This document shows positions 17,454-25,145 of a DNA stretch of 36,700 nucleotides, one piece after another. Numbering within the stretch: the stretch's first letter is position 1; every line of letters starts with the position of its first letter. A model generated the notes under the pieces. It saw nothing but the letters and a program-made list of their open reading frames with translations, did not search any database and was not told where the DNA came from. The stretch is from the IMG/VR virus record IMGVR_UViG_3300025718_000124, positions 1-36,700 of that record, one strand, 5' to 3'. This DNA is from a virus. Lineage: Duplodnaviria; Caudoviricetes. A program made the translations under genes and the position numbers.

Positions 17454-18932
17454 ATGGGGTGGTTTAAGAATATGATTAAAAGTTGGTTAGAATTACAACC
17501 TGCACAAGATATTGCAGCAGTTATACAAGAGGCTGAAACTCTTGAAACGAATGTTATAAAAAATACTATATGGTATAGAGGTAACGCATCAGAATTACAC
17601 CAGTTTTATACACAAATAGATGATGGAATGGGAAACACTAAATTTTGGTGTGCAAATTCAAGTACAGGCATAAAATTCAGAAAAATCCATTCAGGGTTAC
17701 CATCTTTAATAATAGATACTCTTGCTGATATATCTATAGATGATATGAATGAAATAAAATTAAAAGATACAAAGGAGCAAGAGCTATGGAAAGAAATAGA
17801 ATCAGATAATAATTTTATAGATATAATTAAAGAATCAGCAAAAGAAGCGTTATACAAAGGGGATGGAGCGTTTAAAATATCTATAGATAAGAGTTTATCA
17901 TTGTATCCTATATTAGAGTTCTATGGAACAGATAGAGTAAAATTTAACCATGTTAGGGGAAGATTAAAAAGTATAATATTTTTAACTAGATATGCTAAAA
18001 AAGGAAAAATGTATTGTTTAGAAGAAGAATACTCTAAAGAAAATATAAAATACAAATTATATGATAGTGATGGAAAAGAAGTATTATTAAACACATGTGA
18101 TGAAACTACAAATTTAATTGATATAAAAAATAATGGTAAATTTATGATGGCAATACCTTTAATGTTTTCTAAATCTCCTAAGTTTAAAGGTAGAGGCAAA
18201 AGTTTATTCGATACAAAATCTGATACCTTTGATGCATATGATGAAGCATTTAGTCAATGGATGGATGCATTAAGAGATGGACGAGCTAATAAATATATAC
18301 CTGAAAAACTTATACCTAGAAATCCCGCAACAGGAGCACTCTCTTTTAGTCCTAATCCATTCGATAATAGATTTATAAAAACAGAATCAGATAATAGCGA
18401 AAATGCATCAAATAAAATAGAGGTTGTGCAAGGAGCTATAAATCATGAAGCATTGACTGCAGCATATATAACTGCATTAGATAATGTATTACAAGGATTA
18501 ATCAGTCCCAGCACGCTCGGCATAGATGTTAAAAAACTAGACAACGCAGAAGCACAAAGAGAAAAGGAAAAAATGACATTATACACAAGGACTAGAATAG
18601 TAAGAGTACTAGAAAAAACTATACCTAAAATTGTAGAAGCACTAATAAAAACATACCATAATGATAAAAAGGAGACTGTAAAAGATATAGAAGCAGAAGC
18701 TACATTTGGAGAATATGCAAATCCTAGTTTTGAAGCTGTAGTTGAAACTGTTGGCAAAGGTAAGACTTATGGGGTAATGAGCATAGAGCAATGTGTAGAA
18801 GAAATGTATGGTGACAGTAAAGATGAGGATTGGAAAAAAGCAGAGGTTAATCTCTTAAAGTCAGAACAGGGTATATTAGAAACACAAGAACCATCAGTAA
18901 CAAAAGATATTAAAGATACCGGTGGTGAGTAA
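17454..18932 (+). CDS. Portal protein
   Basis: 492 aa directly after terL; GLISPSTLG motif of A118/SPP1-like portals. Confidence 0.85.
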   Translation: MGWFKNMIKSWLELQPAQDIAAVIQEAETLETNVIKNTIWYRGNASELHQFYTQIDDGMGNTKFWCANSSTGIKFRKIHSGLPSLIIDTLADISIDDMNEIKLKDTKEQELWKEIESDNNFIDIIKESAKEALYKGDGAFKISIDKSLSLYPILEFYGTDRVKFNHVRGRLKSIIFLTRYAKKGKMYCLEEEYSKENIKYKLYDSDGKEVLLNTCDETTNLIDIKNNGKFMMAIPLMFSKSPKFKGRGKSLFDTKSDTFDAYDEAFSQWMDALRDGRANKYIPEKLIPRNPATGALSFSPNPFDNRFIKTESDNSENASNKIEVVQGAINHEALTAAYITALDNVLQGLISPSTLGIDVKKLDNAEAQREKEKMTLYTRTRIVRVLEKTIPKIVEALIKTYHNDKKETVKDIEAEATFGEYANPSFEAVVETVGKGKTYGVMSIEQCVEEMYGDSKDEDWKKAEVNLLKSEQGILETQEPSVTKDIKDTGGE

Positions 18933-18934
18933 TA

Positions 18935-19990
18935 TTGGAAGATTATGATATAGGTAAAATATTTTCTGATATGGAATCAGATTTAATTAGATCTATGCAA
19001 AGAAATTTAAGTAGACACACAAAAGAAGAAATGATAGAAGGTTTTGAGTGGACTCAATGGCAAGCATTAAAACTTAAAGAATTAAAACGATTTCAAAGTG
19101 AAAATAAAGCAATAATGGAAAGTTATATAACATCTATAAATGAAAGTATAACAGAAAGTCTTAAAAGCCAGTTTTTAGAAGGTAAAAGTAAAACTGATAA
19201 AGAAATACAGTCAGTAATAAAAAAAGGTTTCAAGACTACTAAGAATCCAAATAAAGATAGTTTCTTTAGTACAAACGATAAAAAATTAAATACATTAATA
19301 GATGCTGTTAATAACGATTTAGAAACTGCAGAAGCTGCGGCGCTAAGAATGACAAATGATGTATATAGAAAAACTATATTTAGAGCTCAAATAAATTTGA
19401 ATTTTGGAGCAAAGACACTTAAACAATCAATAGATATGGCTACAAAAGATTTCTTAAGTAAAGGTATAAATAGCATTGAATATAAAGATGGTCGAAGAAT
19501 TAATATATCAAGTTACTCAGAAATGGTACTCAGAACTGCAAACAAGAGAGCACATTTACAAGGAGAAGGAGCTAGAAGGCAAGAGTATGGTGTTACAACA
19601 GTATACATTAGTCAATACAATGCTTGCTCTCCTACCTGCATACCATGGCAAGGAAAGGTATATATTGATGATGTATACAGTGGTGGCAAACAAAGTGATG
19701 GACCATATATGCTATTATCTGTCGCAATTAAAGCTGGTTTATTTCATCCAAATTGTAGACATACAATGAGCACGTTTTTCCCTGAGATAAATAATGTAAC
19801 AGAGCCTATAAACAAGTCTGAAATATCTGAAAACTATGAATACCAGCAAAAGCTTAGTTATATAGATAGAAATATACAAAAATATAAAAGGTTAGAAAGT
19901 GGCAGTTTAGACGAACAAAATAAACAAAAGTATAATAGCAAAATTACTGAATGGAAAACCATTAAAAAACAACATATAGAAAGTGTTTAA
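18935..19990 (+). CDS. Minor capsid/head morphogenesis protein
   Basis: CSPTCIPWQGKVY and GLFHPNCRH motifs. Confidence 0.88.
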   Translation: MEDYDIGKIFSDMESDLIRSMQRNLSRHTKEEMIEGFEWTQWQALKLKELKRFQSENKAIMESYITSINESITESLKSQFLEGKSKTDKEIQSVIKKGFKTTKNPNKDSFFSTNDKKLNTLIDAVNNDLETAEAAALRMTNDVYRKTIFRAQINLNFGAKTLKQSIDMATKDFLSKGINSIEYKDGRRINISSYSEMVLRTANKRAHLQGEGARRQEYGVTTVYISQYNACSPTCIPWQGKVYIDDVYSGGKQSDGPYMLLSVAIKAGLFHPNCRHTMSTFFPEINNVTEPINKSEISENYEYQQKLSYIDRNIQKYKRLESGSLDEQNKQKYNSKITEWKTIKKQHIESV

Positions 19991-20042
19991 TTGAAAAATT
20001 AAGCGCATTATTTATGCTTAAAATGATTGCGAGGTGAAGCAG

Positions 20043-20316
20043 TTGGATATGATAGGGTATATTGGAATAATAGCTACAATTATAGGTTCATTCGCAACTT
20101 TATATGGTTTATTATCAAAAAGGGATAGCAAAATAGCTAGCGATAGTGAATGGAAACGGTGAGATAAATACTAAACTTAATATGATATTAGGTATCAATG
20201 ACAATATAGAAAAAATTGATAAAAGATTACAAGATAATACTAATATGTTAATAAGAGTTGATGAAAGTGCAAAGCAAGCACATAAAAGAATTGATAAGTT
20301 AGAGGGGGTGAGGTAA
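20043..20316 (+). CDS. Holin-associated TM + coiled-coil protein (XhlA-like); needs +1 frameshift at CGG 20157
   Basis: GAGGTG RBS. TM N-terminus ...SEWK joins GEINTKL...VDESAKQAHKRIDKLE in frame +1, ending 2 bp before the holin. Confidence 0.8.
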
Positions 20317-20318
20317 TT

Positions 20319-20501
20319 ATGCAAAATAGATTAAAAAGTATACCACTATGGACTGCTATATTAGCATTAGTATATCTAATAGTTAAAAATTGGTTTGGAA
20401 TAGATATACCAGCATGGGCAGATATTAGTACTACAATATTAGCTATATTAGCAAACATATTAGGTGTAGTAAATGATCCAACAAATCCAGATAATATATA
20501 A
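20319..20501 (+). CDS. Small holin (2 TM)
   Basis: NRLKS..LW.AI start and LGVVNDPT end, typical of phi-LC3-like holins. Confidence 0.8.
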   Translation: MQNRLKSIPLWTAILALVYLIVKNWFGIDIPAWADISTTILAILANILGVVNDPTNPDNI

Positions 20502-20653
20502 GCATTATGTAATGAAAACATAGTGTTTTTTTGTGCCCAAAAATGTGTATGGCCATAAACTGCTAGTCATTAAATTACCTAATAGCAAGGATAGATGCTA
20601 TATCTCAGTACCAGGACTGGCTGGATAAAAAGGATAGAGATGAAGGAGTAAAC

Positions 20654-21211
20654 ATGGAATTTTTAAAGGATTTATTAAAAGACTTACCTAACGCCAAAGA
20701 ACTAGAAAAAAGTATTACTGAAGGTATTGGCAAAAATTTTGTATCAAGAACAGATTTTAATACTGTAAATGATACGAAAAAACAGTTAGAGACAGATGTT
20801 AAAGATAGAGATACTCAGCTTAATACATTAAAACAGTCAGCTGGAGATAACGCAACTTTAACAAAAACAATTGAAACATTGCAAGCTGAAAACAAGAAAA
20901 AAGATGATGAGTATCAAGTTAATTTAAAAGATGTGAAGCTTACGAATGCTATTAAACTAGCATTGAATGATAAAGTTCATAACGTAGATATAGCATTAGG
21001 ACAATTTGATAAAACAAAACTTATTCTTGGAGAAGATGGCAAAGTTACAGGATTAGATGAACAATTCAAAACTGTTCAAGAAAGCAATGCATTTTTATTT
21101 AAACAAGAAGGAACACAGAAAACAGGTTTTGAGAAACTTGGAACAGATGGCCAGGGTACTGGTACATCAAATGAACAGATTTCCAATATATTTGGAAACG
21201 TAAAAGAATAG
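20654..21211 (+). CDS. Capsid scaffolding protein (GP20-like)
   Basis: Coiled coil, GLDEQ...FLF motif, directly before the capsid gene. Confidence 0.85.
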   Translation: MEFLKDLLKDLPNAKELEKSITEGIGKNFVSRTDFNTVNDTKKQLETDVKDRDTQLNTLKQSAGDNATLTKTIETLQAENKKKDDEYQVNLKDVKLTNAIKLALNDKVHNVDIALGQFDKTKLILGEDGKVTGLDEQFKTVQESNAFLFKQEGTQKTGFEKLGTDGQGTGTSNEQISNIFGNVKE

Positions 21212-21227
21212 AAGGGTGGAATTATAA

Positions 21228-22109
21228 ATGCCAAATACAGTGAATTATGCTACTAATTTCGAGAAAGATTTAGTACAAAAATATAAAAGAGAATTATTAA
21301 CAAATGATTTAACAACAAACAATGTAAAGTTTGTAAATGCAAAAACAATAAAAATACCTAATTTATTACTAGGTGGTTTTAAAGATCATGGAAGAAATGG
21401 CGGATTTAATAGACAGGATGCAGAAAATCAATATATAACAAAAACTTTATCACATGATAGAGATGTTGAATTTTTTGTAGATACTATGGATGTAGATGAA
21501 AGTAATCAGGCACTTTCTGCAGCAAATTTAACAAATACATTTGAAGAAGAACATGCTATTCCAGAAAAAGATTCATATAGAATGTCAAAAATTTATGCTG
21601 ATTATGTAGCACAAGGTAAAACAGTTGATACAACAGCTTTAACAGTTACAAATATATTAGCTAAATTTGATGAATATATGGAAGCATTAGATGAAGCAGA
21701 AGTTCCTGAAGAGGGAAGAATTTTATATGCAACACCTACTATAAAGACAATGCTTAAAAATGCAGAGAAAATTTCTAGACAAATGGATGTTACAGGAAAT
21801 TCAGGAAATGTTTATAGAATGGTTAAAAGTTTAGATGATGTTAAAATAAAAACAATACCATCTGCAAGAATGAAAACAGCTTATGATTTTACTGATGGAT
21901 GTATACCAGCTGAAACTGCTAAACAAATAAATATGATATTGGTTCATCCAAAATCTGTTATATCAACAGATAAACATAGTTATATAAATTTATGGGCTCC
22001 TGGAAGTCATACTCAAGGGGATGGTTACTTATATCAAAATAGACAATACGGAGATCTATTTGTAATAGAAACAAGAGCAAATGGTATAAAAATTAATACT
22101 GAAGCTTAA
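21228..22109 (+). CDS. Major capsid protein
   Basis: NYA..F...L, HDRDVEFFVDTMDVDESN, IPEKDSYR, YLYQNRQYGDLFV. Confidence 0.88.
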   Translation: MPNTVNYATNFEKDLVQKYKRELLTNDLTTNNVKFVNAKTIKIPNLLLGGFKDHGRNGGFNRQDAENQYITKTLSHDRDVEFFVDTMDVDESNQALSAANLTNTFEEEHAIPEKDSYRMSKIYADYVAQGKTVDTTALTVTNILAKFDEYMEALDEAEVPEEGRILYATPTIKTMLKNAEKISRQMDVTGNSGNVYRMVKSLDDVKIKTIPSARMKTAYDFTDGCIPAETAKQINMILVHPKSVISTDKHSYINLWAPGSHTQGDGYLYQNRQYGDLFVIETRANGIKINTEA

Positions 22110-22137
22110 TAAATTTTAAACGAAAGGATGATTTAAA

Positions 22138-22482
22138 ATGGTAGCAAGAAAAGAAAATAAGGAATATAAAATTCAACCTTCTGAAGTAAATGGTTTTATT
22201 GCAAGAGGGTTTGATATATATGAGAATAATAAACTAGTTAAATATGGTGCTGATAAAAAAATATCATATGCAGAATATGATATAGCAATTAAAAAAATAG
22301 AAGAGCTTGAGTCAAAAGTTTTAAATAATACTGAAGTATCAGAACTAAAAACTAAATTAGATGTAGTTTCTAAAGAACTAAAAGTATCGAATGATAAAAA
22401 TATTTTTTTAGAAAAAGAAAACAAAGAAATCAAAACTGAATTAGATAAAGTTTCTAAAGAACTTGAAAAAATTAAGAAATAG
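22138..22482 (+). CDS. Hypothetical capsid-adjacent coiled-coil protein
   Basis: ORF track; AAAGGA RBS. Confidence 0.7.
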   Translation: MVARKENKEYKIQPSEVNGFIARGFDIYENNKLVKYGADKKISYAEYDIAIKKIEELESKVLNNTEVSELKTKLDVVSKELKVSNDKNIFLEKENKEIKTELDKVSKELEKIKK

Positions 22483-22490
22483 TGAGGTAA

Positions 22491-22856
22491 ATGAATATGT
22501 ATGCAGATATAACTTATTATATAGAAGATTATAAAGGAACTTTAACTGATCCTTCAGAAATAGAAAAATTGCTAAAAAAAGCAAACAGAAAGATTGATGA
22601 AGTAACGTTCAATAGAATAGTTGAGCTTGGTGTTGAAAATCTTAGTGAATTTCAACAGAATTTAGTCAAGGAAGCCGTTTGTTATCAAGCAGACTATATA
22701 AATGAAAATGGTAGTGAAGGTTTTACAGTTGCAAGTTACAGTGTACTTGGTATTAGTATTAACTATAATCAACAAACTGAATCTGAAAAATTAGATATAT
22801 CTGCAGATGCATATAATAATTTGAAGCAAACAGGTCTTATGTGCAGGGTGGTGTAA
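22491..22856 (+). CDS. Head-tail connector/adaptor
   Basis: YADITYY...ID..TFNRI...KEAVC.Q...L..TGL pattern and gene position. Confidence 0.8.
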   Translation: MNMYADITYYIEDYKGTLTDPSEIEKLLKKANRKIDEVTFNRIVELGVENLSEFQQNLVKEAVCYQADYINENGSEGFTVASYSVLGISINYNQQTESEKLDISADAYNNLKQTGLMCRVV

Positions 22857-22861
22857 AATAT

Positions 22862-23200
22862 ATGAGAGCAATGAAACTTAAATTTCCTGACTTTTTAGCT
22901 ATAGTTCCATGTAAAATAATGGTTGAGCAAGAGGGTTTATCTGAAGAAGGTGAGCCCTTAACTGCATTTGAATGGGAAGGTAAATGTATATATTCACAAA
23001 AAGCAAAAAAAGTATTAACTCCTGAACAAAAACTTATAACTTTAGAAGGTATAATAATTATCAAAGGTGATATTGCACCAGGTTATATTATAACTGCAGG
23101 AATTATAGAAATAAGTAATAAAAAGATGAATATATACAGATGTCAACGTCCTAGTAACCCAGATGGAACAATATTTTGTACAGAATTACAGGTATATTGA
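22862..23200 (+). CDS. Head closure (neck) protein
   Basis: NPDGT motif near the C-terminus; synteny. Confidence 0.7.
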   Translation: MRAMKLKFPDFLAIVPCKIMVEQEGLSEEGEPLTAFEWEGKCIYSQKAKKVLTPEQKLITLEGIIIIKGDIAPGYIITAGIIEISNKKMNIYRCQRPSNPDGTIFCTELQVY

Positions 23201-23201
23201 T

Positions 23202-23567
23202 ATGAAGGTTACAGGTAAGATTTTAAAAGCAGGACTTAATAAAGTCAATGCAGAAATGCAAATAGCTTTAGTTAGATCTGTAGAAGCAATGAAAACCGAT
23301 GTTATACAAGCACAAGTTATTCCATTTGATACAGGAACAATGCAAAATGAAAGTGTCTATGTAGATTCTTCAAAGAAAAAAGCAGGAAAAGTTAAACTCA
23401 CTGTTGACACACCATATGCACGTAAAATTTATCATCACCCTGAGTATAACTTTAAAACTGATAAAAATCCGAATGCAAAAGGTATGTATTTTGAAGATTA
23501 TATAACAGGACCAAAGAAAATGTTTTTAAGTAATGCATTTAAGACATTTATGAAAGGAAGATTGTAA
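23202..23567 (+). CDS. Neck/tail completion protein (minor capsid 2-like)
   Basis: PFDTGTMQ, DTPYAR..YHHPEYNF...NPNA motifs. Confidence 0.8.
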   Translation: MKVTGKILKAGLNKVNAEMQIALVRSVEAMKTDVIQAQVIPFDTGTMQNESVYVDSSKKKAGKVKLTVDTPYARKIYHHPEYNFKTDKNPNAKGMYFEDYITGPKKMFLSNAFKTFMKGRL

Positions 23568-23568
23568 T

Positions 23569-23965
23569 ATGACTCTAACACAATTTAAAGATTGGTTTAA
23601 AACTAAAATAACCGATTTAGGTGGAGGAATATCTATTGGTAAAATAGATAAGAATTTAGAAAAGACTATATGTATATATAACTCAAAGCGAAATATTGCA
23701 AAAATAAATGCAATGGGCCGGTGAAAAGAATCACAGCTATAGTATAAAGCCTATTACAATTCTACTTAGATGGACAAAAAATGCAAATACTGCAGAAACA
23801 AAAATAATAGAAATTAATGATTGTCTAAAAAACAATCATTTTTTTCAGTATTTAAATAAAAACAATTGGATAAATATTATATATGAAAATCCTATCGATT
23901 TGGGAACAGATGATAAGAATATATATGAGTATTCTATTGAACTAGATATATATTATGAAAGGTAA
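23569..23965 (+). CDS. Tail terminator (minor capsid 3-like); needs +1 frameshift at CGG 23719
   Basis: MTLTQFKDWFK...IGKID...NAMG joins GEKNHSYSIKPITILLRW...PIDLGTDDKNIYEY in frame +1. Confidence 0.85.
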
Positions 23966-23970
23966 AAAAG

Positions 23971-24414
23971 GTGAATAATATGGAAAATATACCAGTATAT
24001 GATCTTATATTTAAAATTGGAACAGCAGGCGTTGCGAGTGTAACTGCTGATTTTAAAGAAATAAAAGATATTGAAACTTTTAGTGTTTCTATAGATGGAA
24101 GTACTGAAGAATGGAATCCAATGGATGCAAAAGGTTGGATTAAAAGAATGCTTACAGGTAAATCAATGACAGTCTCTTGCAGTGGAAAAAGAAATTACAC
24201 TGATGCAGGTAATAGTTATGTTGCAGGCATGATGCTTAAAACTGGTAATGATTGCAACAGTGTTATGGAAATAACTTTCCCTAATGCGGATAAATTAACA
24301 ATACCTGGTGTTGTAGATCTTAAAACTCCGTTTGGTGGAGATTCTACAGCAGTAGATAGTTTGGAATTTGATTTACTAAGCAGTGGCAAACCTACATATG
24401 TAGAAGGTGTTTAA
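23971..24414 (+). CDS. Major tail tube protein
   Basis: EEWNPMD.KGW..RM.TGK, SGKR, SGKP motifs; synteny. Confidence 0.85.
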   Translation: MNNMENIPVYDLIFKIGTAGVASVTADFKEIKDIETFSVSIDGSTEEWNPMDAKGWIKRMLTGKSMTVSCSGKRNYTDAGNSYVAGMMLKTGNDCNSVMEITFPNADKLTIPGVVDLKTPFGGDSTAVDSLEFDLLSSGKPTYVEGV

Positions 24415-24416
24415 CT

Positions 24417-24447
24417 AAAAGAGGGTAGCAATACCCTCTTATTTTTT
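24417..24447 (+). terminator. Terminator/attenuator after major tail gene
   Basis: AAGAGGGTA-GCAA-TACCCTCTT-ATTTTTT (GNRA loop). Confidence 0.75.
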
Positions 24448-24468
24448 ATATAGAAAGGATGATATAAA

Positions 24469-24777
24469 ATGGCAAAAATATATAGTACAGATGGAAAGAT
24501 TTTAACAGGAGATAATTTCCCACAAATTCAAATAGGAGATAAGTTATATTTAGTTGATAATAGAAAATCTACTTATGACAAAATACAAGACTTATATAAA
24601 AAAGATCCTGGTAATGATAGAGGTATGTTCGAGTTAGCGCTAGGTAAAGAGATGACAAAGGAAGTTGAAAAACTAAATTTATCAGTTGAATCATATAAAA
24701 ATTTAACTTATTTTATTTCAGCTGCAATTCAAGGTATTGAATATGAAGAGGTTATGGAACAAGTAAGAAAAAACTAA
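24469..24777 (+). CDS. Tail assembly chaperone (G-like)
   Basis: Between tail tube and tape measure; ends in slippery A AAA AAC TAA. Confidence 0.8.
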   Translation: MAKIYSTDGKILTGDNFPQIQIGDKLYLVDNRKSTYDKIQDLYKKDPGNDRGMFELALGKEMTKEVEKLNLSVESYKNLTYFISAAIQGIEYEEVMEQVRKN

Positions 24778-24785
24778 CAAACGAG

Positions 24786-25145
24786 GTGTATTACGATGAA
24801 GTTTACGACTGGAATCTAATAGTATCTAGTTTTGCTAAACAGTATGGAATAAGACTACTAAGTAATGATAGTGAGATATTATATCCTGAATATTATAGAC
24901 TTTTAGCAGGGCTTACAGACGATACGCCTCTGGGACATATAGTTTCTATAAGGTCAGAGAAAGATCCTAAAACAATAAAAACATATGGAAATAACGAAAA
25001 GAGAATACGCAGGGAATGGCAGAAGTTTAGAAGTAAACAAATTAACAAAGTATTAACTGATGAAGAGAAGAAACAAAGAATTTCTGCTTTCCAACAAGCT
25101 ATGAAACAAGCTTTCGGAACAAAAAAGGCAGGTGATATTAAATGA
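24786..25145 (+). CDS. Tail assembly chaperone T/Gp15-like part (-1 frame)
   Basis: DWNLIVSSFAKQYGIRL...LL.GL..DTPLG..VSIRSEKD (Gp15-like). Confidence 0.8.
   Translation: MYYDEVYDWNLIVSSFAKQYGIRLLSNDSEILYPEYYRLLAGLTDDTPLGHIVSIRSEKDPKTIKTYGNNEKRIRREWQKFRSKQINKVLTDEEKKQRISAFQQAMKQAFGTKKAGDIK

Noticed and set aside
6655-23965. Reading the five broken genes as ordinary pseudogenes of a decaying prophage, or as sequencing indels
   Set aside because: All five are the same event (a C before a Gly codon, creating in-frame CGG), four are outside homopolymers, and the other large genes are intact. Disfavoured rather than excluded, since raw reads were not available.
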